Below are positions 27,035-36,881 of a stretch of 51,631 nucleotides of DNA, piece by piece. Position 1 is the stretch's first letter. Each line of letters opens with the position of its first letter. The stretch comes from Candidatus Harrisonbacteria bacterium (GTDB lineage Bacteria > Patescibacteriota > Minisyncoccia > UBA6257 > UBA11618): contig JAHFLN010000003.1 in NCBI GenBank assembly GCA_023244835.1, positions 1-51,631 of the forward strand. Reading direction: 5' to 3'. The notes under the pieces are model-generated. The model worked only from the letters and a program-made list of their open reading frames with translations. It was not told the origin of the DNA and did no database searches. The translations under genes and the position numbers were made by a program.

Positions 27035-29542
27035 ATGAAAAGAATTCTAAATCAGACCCTATTCGTATATTCACTGGCAATAGTCGGGGTTGTCATGGCG
27101 TTTTCCACATCGGCTTTCGCCGCATCGGGAGTGACGGTAACGCCTGCAACAGGCGGATCGGCTATATCGGCGGATACGGTAGGGGCGTCGTACACGTCCC
27201 TTACGGGACCGGTTCTCTCTGAAGGATCGCAGGGGGATATCGGCGCGGGATCGATTATTTTAAATGTGCCGAGCGGGTTTATATTTGACACAACAGGAAC
27301 AGCTCCGACCGTCATGGTGACGCGTACGTCGGGAAGCGGCGCCGACTCGAGGAATATAAATGGCGTGGCGAGTGGCACGAACGTGGCAATTACCTCGATT
27401 TCCACGACGCAGATCACGTTTACGGTAACAAGCGCGACAAGCAACGGCGTCAAAAATTCGCTTACCTGGCAGGATGTGCGCGTGAGACCGTCAGCCGGAA
27501 CGCCTCTCGCGACAGGAGTCATATCGAAGTCGGGAACGTCAACGCTCACGAATCCGAGCGGGACGGATTACGGGACGTTAGCAGAGGTTGCGGGAGCGCT
27601 TTCGGCGGCGATCGTGGCAAGTCCAGCTTCGCCTATCGAGGCGCCGGGAATGACGACGCTTACGATAACCATGGGCGATATATATGGTAATACTGTCGCC
27701 GATGGGACGGCGGTAGCGCTTACTACCTCATTCGGCACGGTAAGCGGATCGACGACGACGGTATCGGGCGTCGTGACGCGCACGCTTTCGGCAACTGGTA
27801 CGGGAACCGCAGCGCTTTCTATAACAAGCGCAACGACGACAGGAGCGACGGCAATCATATTTCAGGATACGATAGCGCCCGTAATAGCGACGCACGCAAC
27901 TTCGACTGCCGAGGCGACGTCCGCAAGCGGCGCGATGGTGACATATGTCTCTCCCAGTACGTCCGATGCGGTCGATGGCGCGGGTACGGCATCATGCGCA
28001 CCCGCGTCCGGCAGCGCGTTTACGATCGGCACAACGGCCGTAACGTGTTCTGCGGCGGATGCGGCGGGAAATGCGGCGACACAGACGAATTTCAACATAG
28101 TTGTTTCCGATACGACCGCGCCCACGCTTTCCTCGCCATCAAACGTGACTGCGGAGGCATCGAGCGGTAGCGGCGCTAGCGTTTCGTATTCCTCACCGAC
28201 GGCGACGGACGCGGTTGACGGCTCGGTGTCCGTATCATGCGCACCCGCGTCCGGCAGCACGTTTACGATCGGCACAACCGCGGTATCCTGCTCCGCGACC
28301 GATGCGAACGGTAATACGGGAACCTCGTCATTTAATGTGATAGTGGAAGACACCGAGGGCCCGGTTCTTGTTCTGCCGGTAAGCGTTTCAGCAGAAGCGA
28401 CTGGCGCCTCGGGAGCGGCGGTGGCATTTACGGCAAGTGCGAGCGATGCCGTGGACGGCTCGGTGTCCGTATCATGCGCACCCGCGTCCGGCAGCACGTT
28501 TATGATCGGCACAACCGCGGTATCCTGCTCCGCGACCGACTCCGCCATGAATACGACGAGCGGGGGATTTAACGTGACGGTTTCGGATACGACCGCTCCT
28601 TCCCTCGCGTCGCATGCGGACGTCACGGCTATTGCAGGAGGATCTTCGGCAACTGTCACATTCTCGAATCCGACAGCGACTGACGCAGTCGACGCGAGCG
28701 TAACGATCGCCTGCGTTCCCGCGTCTGGTAGCTCGTTTGCAATAGGCACGACGGCCGTCACCTGTACGGCAACGGACGATGCGACTAATTCGGCGCAGTC
28801 CTCATTTAATGTCGTCGTGAGTCCGGCATCGGCCCCGACTGCCACGCCGCCCGCAGGGTCATATGCGTCGTCTCAGTCCGTAGTTCTATCCGCCTCCGGC
28901 GCATCGAATATCCGCTATTCGGAAAACGGATCAGTTCCGACCTGTTCGACAGGGACTCTCTATGCGGGTCCGATAGCCATTTCCCAATCGGAGACGATAA
29001 CAGCCGTCGCATGTTACCCGTATTCGGGGGGAGGAGAAGGAGAAAGCGAATTCATTTCCTCGGCCACCGCATCGTTTGCGTATACGATAACTCCGGGAAG
29101 TGAAGAGTCGTCTCCTGCGTCCTCGGGAGGTTCGGGAGGCAGTGGGAGCGGAGGCGGGGGCGGTACCGTAAGCGGAGGCCCTTCATCTACTCCGACACCC
29201 GCTTCTTCGGGACAGGTATTAGGGGCATCGATCTCATGCGGACCGTTATTAAGCGGCTACTTACAATTCGGAGGAGGGAATGACCTTGCTGAAGTGCGCA
29301 AGCTTCAACAATTCCTGACGGAACAAGGCTTTCGTGTTTCCGTAACGGGTATATATGGCCGCCTGACGCGCGCGGCAGTGAAGATGTTCCAGGAAAAGCA
29401 TAAGGAGCAGACGCTTATGCCGTGGGCTCCGTACGGTGTTAATCAAAACGAAGGGACGGGTAGCGTGTACAAGACGACATTGCGGTGGATTAATATGATA
29501 CACTGCCCCGAACTGAATCTGCCGATGCCGCCTCTTCCCTAA
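27035..29542 (+). CDS. Large surface protein: Ig-like region, 4 HYR domains, Fn3-associated domain, Ser/Gly linker, C-terminal PG-binding-like domain
   Basis: Four DT.(A/G)P...DAVD..C.PASGS.F.IGTT.V.C.A.D repeats; GQVLGAS; EVRKLQQFL...TGIYG..T..AVK.FQ. Confidence 0.88.
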   Translation: MKRILNQTLFVYSLAIVGVVMAFSTSAFAASGVTVTPATGGSAISADTVGASYTSLTGPVLSEGSQGDIGAGSIILNVPSGFIFDTTGTAPTVMVTRTSGSGADSRNINGVASGTNVAITSISTTQITFTVTSATSNGVKNSLTWQDVRVRPSAGTPLATGVISKSGTSTLTNPSGTDYGTLAEVAGALSAAIVASPASPIEAPGMTTLTITMGDIYGNTVADGTAVALTTSFGTVSGSTTTVSGVVTRTLSATGTGTAALSITSATTTGATAIIFQDTIAPVIATHATSTAEATSASGAMVTYVSPSTSDAVDGAGTASCAPASGSAFTIGTTAVTCSAADAAGNAATQTNFNIVVSDTTAPTLSSPSNVTAEASSGSGASVSYSSPTATDAVDGSVSVSCAPASGSTFTIGTTAVSCSATDANGNTGTSSFNVIVEDTEGPVLVLPVSVSAEATGASGAAVAFTASASDAVDGSVSVSCAPASGSTFMIGTTAVSCSATDSAMNTTSGGFNVTVSDTTAPSLASHADVTAIAGGSSATVTFSNPTATDAVDASVTIACVPASGSSFAIGTTAVTCTATDDATNSAQSSFNVVVSPASAPTATPPAGSYASSQSVVLSASGASNIRYSENGSVPTCSTGTLYAGPIAISQSETITAVACYPYSGGGEGESEFISSATASFAYTITPGSEESSPASSGGSGGSGSGGGGGTVSGGPSSTPTPASSGQVLGASISCGPLLSGYLQFGGGNDLAEVRKLQQFLTEQGFRVSVTGIYGRLTRAAVKMFQEKHKEQTLMPWAPYGVNQNEGTGSVYKTTLRWINMIHCPELNLPMPPLP
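28217..28539 (+). repeat. Near-identical 86-bp direct repeat between HYR domains 2 and 3
   Basis: 28217-28302 vs 28454-28539, one C/T mismatch. Confidence 0.9.
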
Positions 29543-29571
29543 GGCCATAGCGCCATAGGATACTGTAAGGG

Positions 29572-30573
29572 ATGAGGCGGATGTTCAAGAAATATTTCAT
29601 CCCGCACGGCGAGAATGGCCATGCCCCGCATTTTCTGCGGGCGGAGACGCTATTAGCGGTAATCGCCCTGCTTATCGTATGCGAAGCTCTTTTCCTCGCG
29701 CGGATTTTCGTTACGGGCGGGCCAGGGAGTATGTTCGCGGAAATACTGCCGTCGTTTCTCGCGAGCGAGGCGAATGCGAGCCGCGCATCCGATGGTATCG
29801 CGCCCCTTGCGGACAATGCGCTGCTTGCGAAGGCGGCGCGCATGAAAGCGGAAGATATGGCCGCAAAGGGTTACTTCGCGCATACGAGTCCAGAAGGAAT
29901 CTCCCCATGGTATTGGCTTACTAAGGCGGGATACGCGTTTTCTTTAGCCGGGGAGAATCTCGCTGTTGATTTTTTCGATTCAAAAGACGTCGCGGATGCG
30001 TGGATGGCTTCGCCTAAGCATCGGGCGAATATCGTGAACGGAAGTTTCACCGAGATCGGCATCGGCCTCGCAACGGGCATGCATGAGGGAAAACAGGCGG
30101 TATTCGTGGTCGAGTTTTTTGGTCATCCGGCCAATAAGCGGGAGATTGCCGTGGCGCCTTCCGTTACTCCGCGCGCAATGCCGTCTGCGCCGGTCGAACA
30201 TAAGGAAAACGCTATTTCGGAGCCTTCTCTACTGTCGGAGAACGAAATAGCCGCAGCCATTCCTAGTGTTGTAGAAGTGGATAAGGAGGTGTCTCCGCCC
30301 GTCGTGGCGAACAAAGAGCCGGTAGGCGGTATGGTTGAGGGTGTATCGCTCGCGCTTACGAGCGCTTCGCCGCGCCGGAGCATGAACGGACTGCTCATTG
30401 CTCTCGCGGTATTGATTATAATCGCAGTCGCAGTGAAAACGCTCGTTTCGGGATATAAGGGTTATGCCCAGAAGCACGATCTCATCGTGAACGGTCTCGT
30501 GATGCTCGTGATCATCGCCTCCGTTATACTCCTGAACGGATACGTGAGCTTCTTTAGTATGTCGATTGTATAG
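29572..30573 (+). CDS. CAP/SCP-domain membrane protein
   Basis: KA.DMA.KGYFAHTSP, AGENLA, WMASPKHRANI and EIGIG motifs; C-terminal TM helices. Confidence 0.92.
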   Translation: MRRMFKKYFIPHGENGHAPHFLRAETLLAVIALLIVCEALFLARIFVTGGPGSMFAEILPSFLASEANASRASDGIAPLADNALLAKAARMKAEDMAAKGYFAHTSPEGISPWYWLTKAGYAFSLAGENLAVDFFDSKDVADAWMASPKHRANIVNGSFTEIGIGLATGMHEGKQAVFVVEFFGHPANKREIAVAPSVTPRAMPSAPVEHKENAISEPSLLSENEIAAAIPSVVEVDKEVSPPVVANKEPVGGMVEGVSLALTSASPRRSMNGLLIALAVLIIIAVAVKTLVSGYKGYAQKHDLIVNGLVMLVIIASVILLNGYVSFFSMSIV

Positions 30574-30603
30574 GCGCGACCACGAGAACTGTATTCGCGG
30601 CAG

Positions 30604-31101
30604 TCAGACAAACTTCGCCATTATAAGCATATCGTCGAAGCCATCTTCGTCTTTTATCGCTTGTCTGCGCCTGCCTTCGATCGCGTAACCGAGGCGTTCA
30701 TAGAGATGTATAGCTCCCGTATTTTTAGCGAGCACGTCAAGCTCGATGCGCCGTATTCCTCGTGCCCGCGCGAAATCCTCGGCAGAGCGCATGAGGAGGG
30801 TGCCGATACCCTTACCACGATAGGCTTCCTTGAGAGCGATCGTAAGGTAGGCGTTTCCTTTGAGTTTGCGGAAACGGGGGAATACGAGCGATACGTAGCC
30901 GATAAGCGCGTCTCCGTCGGCCGCGATCAAGGTGTTCATAGTGCGTCTGCTTAAAGCGAGCCGCGCGAGGATATGGAAGCCGCTTTCGTTCCGCTCGTTT
31001 TTTGATATGACGAGATGAGATGCGGTGCTCTCTATCTCGCGTTTGAGTCGGGCAAGGGGAAACGCATGCCGTAATCGGAAGGGAAATAGGGAAATGCCCA
31101 T
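30604..31101 (-). CDS. GNAT-family acetyltransferase
   Basis: YRGKGIGT and N..AI.LYERLGY motifs. Confidence 0.88.
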   Translation of the reverse strand: MGISLFPFRLRHAFPLARLKREIESTASHLVISKNERNESGFHILARLALSRRTMNTLIAADGDALIGYVSLVFPRFRKLKGNAYLTIALKEAYRGKGIGTLLMRSAEDFARARGIRRIELDVLAKNTGAIHLYERLGYAIEGRRRQAIKDEDGFDDMLIMAKFV

Positions 31102-31196
31102 ATCTATAAAATAAACCTTATTATAGGCCCTATGCGCAATGCTGAGGGCGATGCCGGTCGGAGAATCGTCATATGATATGGTAGTATGGCAATATT

Positions 31197-31868
31197 ATGG
31201 CGAACATCCTCATAACAGGAGCGGGAAAAGGTATCGGTAGGGCGCTCGCGCGGAAATTCGCCGCGGAAGGTCATACGGTATTCGGCACATACCTGTCGGG
31301 AAACGGCGGGGGGATAGAGGGCTGCGCGGCAGCATTCCGGCTCGATCTGTCGTCGCCTGAAAGCATCGCTTCGTGCGCGGCGGAGCTCGCGAAATTAGGA
31401 AAGAAGATACATATTCTCGTGAATAACGCCGGCGTTCTATTGGACGAGGAAGAGACGCATCTTGTGCCGGAAAAGCTTAGGAAGACCTTAGAAGTAAATA
31501 CAATAGGGACAGCTGACTTTACGGAGCGCATGGTTCCGTTCATAGGGAAGGGCGGGCATATCGTGAACGTCTCTTCAACCGCCGGCTCATTAGAGTTGGC
31601 CGACGACAGCGCGAGCCATTATCCGGGGCATTATCCGGCATATAAGATATCCAAGGCTGCGCTCAATATGTACGCGCGCACGCTCGCGGGTAGGCTTACA
31701 GGACGCATAACGGTATCCTCGGTGCATCCGGGCTGGGTGCGCACGGATATGGGCGGACCGGAAGCGAGCATGTCCCCTGAAGAAGCGGCCGAGGGAATAT
31801 ACGCGCTCGCCGTCGGAGAGCCGGAGACGGGAGGTTTCTGGTTCAAGGGTGAGAGGATTCCCTGGTGA
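31197..31868 (+). CDS. SDR-family oxidoreductase
   Basis: TGAGKGIG, NNAG, YKISK and HPGWVRTDMG motifs. Confidence 0.93.
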   Translation: MANILITGAGKGIGRALARKFAAEGHTVFGTYLSGNGGGIEGCAAAFRLDLSSPESIASCAAELAKLGKKIHILVNNAGVLLDEEETHLVPEKLRKTLEVNTIGTADFTERMVPFIGKGGHIVNVSSTAGSLELADDSASHYPGHYPAYKISKAALNMYARTLAGRLTGRITVSSVHPGWVRTDMGGPEASMSPEEAAEGIYALAVGEPETGGFWFKGERIPW

Positions 31869-32416
31869 TGGACAGAGAAACGAGGATGGTGATTCTGGAG
31901 ATCGTCGTAGCGCTCGGAGCGCTCGCATATGTTTTCGGCGCATATCGCGCGGGCGGCCCTATGCCCGCGGCGTTCGATCCGAAAAACGCGGCATATAAGA
32001 TAGAGGGAGAGATGGTACGGCTCGTAAACGGGGTTGCGGAAACGGAAGCCGCGCCGGGATCCGCTTCGATGGTTACAACGCGCTATTTCGGAAACGAGGC
32101 GCGGGGCGATGCGAATCATGACGGTCGGGAGGATCGCGCATTCCTACTTGTGCAGGATGGCGGAGGAACCGGCCTGTTTTACTACGTCGTCGTGGCGCTC
32201 GGGACTCTAGACGGAAAGCCGAGAGTAACTAACGCCTTTTTTGTGGGGGATAGGATCGCGCCGCAATCCACCGAGATACGTGCAGATGCGGGAGAGGTGC
32301 GGGTACATTATGCGGAGCGGAGGCCAGGCGAGCCGATGTCGGCCGATCCGTCAGTGGGGTCTACGCTTTTTCTCAAGGTGACGCCGGAAGGTATCTTAGA
32401 GGGGCTGATGCGCTAG
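31868..32416 (+). CDS. Membrane-anchored hypothetical protein
   Basis: TM helix; YFGNE..GD, GGGTG.FYYV and GDRIAPQ motifs; coupled to the SDR stop codon. Confidence 0.75.
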   Translation: MDRETRMVILEIVVALGALAYVFGAYRAGGPMPAAFDPKNAAYKIEGEMVRLVNGVAETEAAPGSASMVTTRYFGNEARGDANHDGREDRAFLLVQDGGGTGLFYYVVVALGTLDGKPRVTNAFFVGDRIAPQSTEIRADAGEVRVHYAERRPGEPMSADPSVGSTLFLKVTPEGILEGLMR

Positions 32417-32482
32417 GCATGAAAAACGCCGCCTGATCTAGGAGATCGGACGGCGTTGGAAAATCATCGCAAAAACGGGCGA

Positions 32483-33142
32483 TTATGGAGCTCCGATAAG
32501 GCAGGCATGCATGATTCTCAATTGCTGAACGAGGAGCTTGAAGCGCTCAACAAGCGCCTCGTCCGTGATACCCGGAGCATCGATCATCGCCTTCATTATT
32601 TTGAGATGATCATGTGGCGATCCTGGACAGTCATCGGTAGGCGAGGCGTTCGGATCGGGAATCGCAAGCATGCCGATCAGTACCCGATCCTCTTCTTTCG
32701 GCGCAAGATCGGCTAGGAGATCTGCGCGCACATCCTCGAGCTTAAGTCCAAGGTTCATGAGAACCTGGGCCGCGATGCCTTCTTGCTCGCGCAGGAGGCC
32801 AAGCAGGATATGCCCGCTGCCGACATGCATATGCCCGAGGGCATATGCTTCTTCGTCCGCATAAACGAGGGCTTTTTGGGCTCGGGGCGTGAGCGGCAAT
32901 TGCACGTCGACAGTAACCGTTCCGGTAAAGCACTGGACGCACTTCATGGTTTCGGTATGGATGCGTGCGAGCGTAAGCCCGTGCTTCGTGATGATTTTGA
33001 GAGCGGGGCCCGTGAGTATCGTCGTGAGTCCCATAAGCAGATGTTCGGTTCCGATGTATTCGTGGCCGAGGCGCTGGGCCTCTTCGTTCGCGAAGCTCAT
33101 GATACGCTCGGTTTCGGGGGCAAGGGGAAGGGGTTGGGGCAT
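32483..33142 (-). CDS. Stand-alone ClpC-type N-terminal (Clp_N repeat) domain protein without ATPase
   Basis: A.EEA.RLGHEYIGTEHLL.GL and TPRA.K....A.EEA..LGH..VG..HILLGLLRE repeats; SD AAAGGA. Confidence 0.88.
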   Translation of the reverse strand: MPQPLPLAPETERIMSFANEEAQRLGHEYIGTEHLLMGLTTILTGPALKIITKHGLTLARIHTETMKCVQCFTGTVTVDVQLPLTPRAQKALVYADEEAYALGHMHVGSGHILLGLLREQEGIAAQVLMNLGLKLEDVRADLLADLAPKEEDRVLIGMLAIPDPNASPTDDCPGSPHDHLKIMKAMIDAPGITDEALVERFKLLVQQLRIMHACLIGAP

Positions 33143-33267
33143 GGAATATTCCTTTCTGGTCGGAGTAGATTGTCGGAGAGCTAACGCGGGGTAGTATGCA
33201 ATAGGTATGATGGCATGTCCATAGAGCGTTCTATTATATACGAGAAAAATGATATGCTTTAAATACT

Positions 33268-33624
33268 ATGAAAAAAGGAATACTGTGGACAATACAAATA
33301 CTTCTCGCGGCGCTCTTTCTCTTCGCGGGGGGCATGAAACTCGCGGCGCCGGCTGCGGAGCTCGCGAAACAGGTGCCGCTTTCGGTCGGCTTCATTCGCT
33401 TTATCGGGGCGGCTGAGATTTTAGGAGCTTTAGCGCTCGTTGTGCCCGGCTGGATGAAGAAATGGCGCGGCCTCACGTTTTATGGGGCGCTCGGTCTCGC
33501 GATCATCATGGTCGGCGCGACGGCGCTCACTGTGGCGGATGGGGGAATCGTCGCGGGACTGTTTCCCGGCGTTGCGGCGATCCTCTGCCTCCTTGTGATG
33601 GACGGTCATCGGCGCGTGCGATAA
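33268..33624 (+). CDS. DoxX-family membrane protein
   Basis: W..QILLA..FL.AG..K and FIG.AE.LGA motifs. Confidence 0.88.
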   Translation: MKKGILWTIQILLAALFLFAGGMKLAAPAAELAKQVPLSVGFIRFIGAAEILGALALVVPGWMKKWRGLTFYGALGLAIIMVGATALTVADGGIVAGLFPGVAAILCLLVMDGHRRVR

Positions 33625-33643
33625 AGCGCAGTTTGATCGGAAT

Positions 33644-33671
33644 AAAAGCCCCGTCGCTTGGCGGGGCTTTT
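33644..33671. terminator. Intrinsic terminator
   Basis: AAAAGCCCCG...CGGGGCTTTT stem. Confidence 0.75.
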
Positions 33672-33752
33672 CGTTTGACGCGTATATCGCGGGCGGGGTA
33701 GGGTAGGAGCTGGCGTAGAGGTTTGTCATTTGAAAACTCGAGAGGGGGAGAC

Positions 33753-34286
33753 ATGGCTGATATTCTGGTCGTGCGCCAGTTAGCTCTGGCGGATATGAAA
33801 ACGAAAGGTTCGGATAGCGTGGCAGCGCGCTATCTAGGGCTCATGAGGCGCGTCACGAAGAACGTGCCGCCCGAAGCCGATGTGGATGACATGGTCCGCT
33901 TCATCGCGGGAAGCGTGCCGAACGGATTTTGGATTTTCGGGGGTTTCCTGCGAGGGGAATTCGAACCGGAAGCCGTGCCTGGCTTGCTCGTAAGCGTTGC
34001 AAGCGTCCATATCATTCCGCATGCGTGGACGAAGGTCGCGTGGATCGAGGACGTCGCAACGTTCGCGGAGCATGAGGGACGTGGCTATTCAACGCAGGTA
34101 ATCGAAACGGCGGAGAAATTCATCGCCGAGAAATTTGGAGGACAGTCGCTGTATTGGCAGCGGGTGAGCAGGGAAATGCTTACCTGCGGCGCGCATAACC
34201 GGGAATTTTACGAGCATCGGGGGTTTTCCGTGCGGAATGAGTGCGTTATGCAGAAGCCAGTCGTGCGAGCAGTCTCTGATCCGTAA
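33753..34286 (+). CDS. GNAT acetyltransferase (glucosamine-6-P N-acetyltransferase-like, diverged)
   Basis: IEDVAT...EGRG and L.C...N..FYE..GF motifs; SD GAGGGGGAG. Confidence 0.75.
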   Translation: MADILVVRQLALADMKTKGSDSVAARYLGLMRRVTKNVPPEADVDDMVRFIAGSVPNGFWIFGGFLRGEFEPEAVPGLLVSVASVHIIPHAWTKVAWIEDVATFAEHEGRGYSTQVIETAEKFIAEKFGGQSLYWQRVSREMLTCGAHNREFYEHRGFSVRNECVMQKPVVRAVSDP

Positions 34287-34464
34287 GTCCTCGCATCCTT
34301 GCGTCCGGGGCTTTACGGGTGTGGGGGTGTATAGTATAAAAAGCGGTGATATGGAGTGATAGCGGGCCTGGGATTTCAAGCTCGCTATTTTTTTATGAAA
34401 AATGCCGGAGAAGGATTTCCTTCCCCGGCGGGGTCTATACGCGTTCGAAATTCGAACCGAAGGG

Positions 34465-35190
34465 CTAACCGAGTTCGGTATTCATCGGCTTATGGGCATT
34501 AGGCAGCTCGAGAACTTCGATACCGTTCTGCTTACCTGTCCGGTAGAGTTTCGCCATTTCCCGGAGAACGTCGAGCCATGTCCATCCGTCCTGGGTATCC
34601 CATTGCGGTTGCGTGTCGGGATCATCGGCGATTCGCATGAGATCGCTTTCCGAGATCGCGATGATGCGAGGATGGCGGTGAGTCGTGAGCCGATCCGCTT
34701 TCGGACAGGCCACGGCGACGAGGATTCGGGAGAAGGGATATTCGGGACTCGTGCCGATCACTTCCATATTGCGGAAATAGACGCCAAGTCCCTGACTCTG
34801 CAGGATGAAGCACGATGCTTCGGCAGAGGCAAAGTAGCGCATATGCGCCGCCTGGTCTTCGTCGTCGGGAACAACGATCGCATTTTCATGAGTTTCATCC
34901 CATGCCGTGATAAGCTCGGAAAGAACCGTGCCGAACATATTCGTGAGGGTTTTCCCGAGAAATTCGGATTGCACTTTTTTGCCGAACTTGCCGAAAAGCA
35001 TGATGCTCGTGCTTTCAACGAGCGTTCTCGATGCCATCGCATGAAGCTCTTTGAAGTGTTGGCCGTGCCTGCGGAATAAGGGGATGAAGATCGCGCCCAA
35101 AACGGCTGCCGTAAGGCTGCTCGCGATGAGCACGAGGTCGAAGATGTGAAAGAGCTTCAAACCGTCTGCGAGAAGCGAAATCAGGTTCAC
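34465..35190 (-). CDS. Hypothetical protein with N-terminal TM helix
   Basis: SD AAAAGGAG before GTG 35190; TTGCTA-17-TATTAT promoter (35300-35272). Confidence 0.7.
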   Translation of the reverse strand: MNLISLLADGLKLFHIFDLVLIASSLTAAVLGAIFIPLFRRHGQHFKELHAMASRTLVESTSIMLFGKFGKKVQSEFLGKTLTNMFGTVLSELITAWDETHENAIVVPDDEDQAAHMRYFASAEASCFILQSQGLGVYFRNMEVIGTSPEYPFSRILVAVACPKADRLTTHRHPRIIAISESDLMRIADDPDTQPQWDTQDGWTWLDVLREMAKLYRTGKQNGIEVLELPNAHKPMNTELG

Positions 35191-35405
35191 TGCGTGTCTC
35201 CTTTTGCGGGTGAGGGGTGCTGGATATCGGGGGGGTTCGGCTATGCGCCAATGCTTATCCCGAACGGCGATATAATACAATATTAATAGATTATTAGCAA
35301 GAGATGAGGCGAGAATAATAGACAAAAATAGTATATCGTGATATCGTAGATTCGCTCGCAACAGGTGCGGGCATGCGGTCCATTTCCATGTGAATAGGGG
35401 GCTCT

Positions 35406-36287
35406 ATGAGCAAGTTGACGATCGGCGCGGGAGTGTTTGCCCGCGATATTCCCGAAACGGATGAGAAGCAGTGGGCGGAATACCTCACGGCGCTTGCGAA
35501 GATGGGCGTCGAGTACGCCCAGTTCTTGATGCCGAAAACGGCGAAGGCTGCGCGCCGTTTGGCGCAGATTGCCTGCGAGTGCGGCATCCCGCGCTCGGGA
35601 CTCTTGTGGTGTACGTTCTATCCGACGTGTCCGTGCGGAGAAGACGCGGCAGGGGCGCTTGATGCCCTGAAGCTTGCGATTGAGTGCGGGAACGAGATAT
35701 CGGGCGCGATGGAGGGTTCGCCAAACGTCGACCTCTTCAGCCCGTCCTTGCTGCATGGCCTGGGCAATGCCGGGGGATTTCCGAAGGATTCGGATACAGA
35801 GCGTCAGGTGGGATTTCTGATTGCCGCGATGAATCTTACCCGTGACACACAGGTATCGTTGATTCTCGAACCGTTGAATCGCTTTGAGACGGATGGCCCA
35901 AATACGCTGCATGATGCATGGGAGCTCATCCTGAGAGCCAATGCGCAAGCGGCAATCGGATTGGGTCTGGATAGTTGCCATCAGTTATTCGAGGAGTATT
36001 CGATCACGAATTCGTGGCTGGATAACGCGGCGAATGCGCGACTCATTCACGCGTCGGCGCGGAGTCGGGGATATCTCTCTGACGACGCGATGTACCTGCC
36101 GCATGCTTTCCAGACGGTCGCCCGGAATGAAACGCTGCGAAAGCTTCCGGTCGTTGTCGAGGCGTTTTCGGCCCTGGAGACGAATCCGGGATTTTTCCCA
36201 TATCTCAAGGTTCATCGATTGCCGAAGGTGAGCGCGCTCGAAGTTTTCTCGGCAAGCATCGCATGCTTGAAGACATGGGGAGAATAA
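35406..36287 (+). CDS. Sugar phosphate isomerase/epimerase TIM barrel (D-tagatose/psicose 3-epimerase-like)
   Basis: EPLNRFET, LDSCH, IHAS..SRG and VEAF motifs; TAGACA-17-TATCGT promoter. Confidence 0.82.
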   Translation: MSKLTIGAGVFARDIPETDEKQWAEYLTALAKMGVEYAQFLMPKTAKAARRLAQIACECGIPRSGLLWCTFYPTCPCGEDAAGALDALKLAIECGNEISGAMEGSPNVDLFSPSLLHGLGNAGGFPKDSDTERQVGFLIAAMNLTRDTQVSLILEPLNRFETDGPNTLHDAWELILRANAQAAIGLGLDSCHQLFEEYSITNSWLDNAANARLIHASARSRGYLSDDAMYLPHAFQTVARNETLRKLPVVVEAFSALETNPGFFPYLKVHRLPKVSALEVFSASIACLKTWGE

Positions 36288-36382
36288 GCGCGCGAAGTGG
36301 GAAGGAGACGAATACGTTCCGGCCGGTGGGGGTTCTCCCCAGCGGCCGTTTTTTATACGACGATGGTGGTTATAGGATTATA

Positions 36383-36417
36383 TTGACAAATATATAGTAT
36401 ACGTGGTATACTATATA
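36383..36417 (+). promoter_or_regulatory. Promoter with embedded palindrome
   Basis: TTGACA-18-TATACT; TATATAGTATAC-GTG-GTATACTATATA at 36391-36417. Confidence 0.7.
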
Positions 36418-36484
36418 AGTGATCATGATATGCCAATCCGCGGAGGACTGGCAGCTGCAGAGTTCCTCGAAAAGGAGTTTCCAA

Positions 36485-36691
36485 GTGAAAGCGAATCGAC
36501 TGATTCTCGGTGTCCTTCTGATTACATTAGCCGTTGTTTGCTCGGGCGGCTGCTGCGCGGCTCGCGCCGGAGCCGGCGTCCATATCGGAGACCGCGGTCG
36601 TCCGACGAAATGGATCGACCGGCAGGGCCCGACGTTCAATGACGAAATTGATCGGGCCCCGTTCGTTCCCGTCACTTCAATCACGTTCTGA
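36485..36691 (+). CDS. Small putative lipoprotein (68 aa)
   Basis: SD AAAAGGAG before GTG; hydrophobic signal ending SGGC; terminator ~36727-36757. Confidence 0.55.
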   Translation: MKANRLILGVLLITLAVVCSGGCCAARAGAGVHIGDRGRPTKWIDRQGPTFNDEIDRAPFVPVTSITF

Positions 36692-36881
36692 TCGGAAGCC
36701 GGGTAAAGGAAAGCGAATGGGGCTGCGGCGTCTTCCAGATGGAAGGCGCCGTTTTTTGCTCTTTATTTTCGATCGGAAATAAAGAGTATTAATTGACACA
36801 AAGGTATTATTAGTGGCATATTAGGCATGATTTGAGGGCTAGATCATTCACATTATTTCCCTTCGGGAAGGGGTTAAAACG

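Noticed and set aside
28217-28539. Diversity-generating retroelement TR/VR pair
   Set aside because: Only one mismatch, both copies lie in-frame within one repeat protein, and no reverse transcriptase is present.
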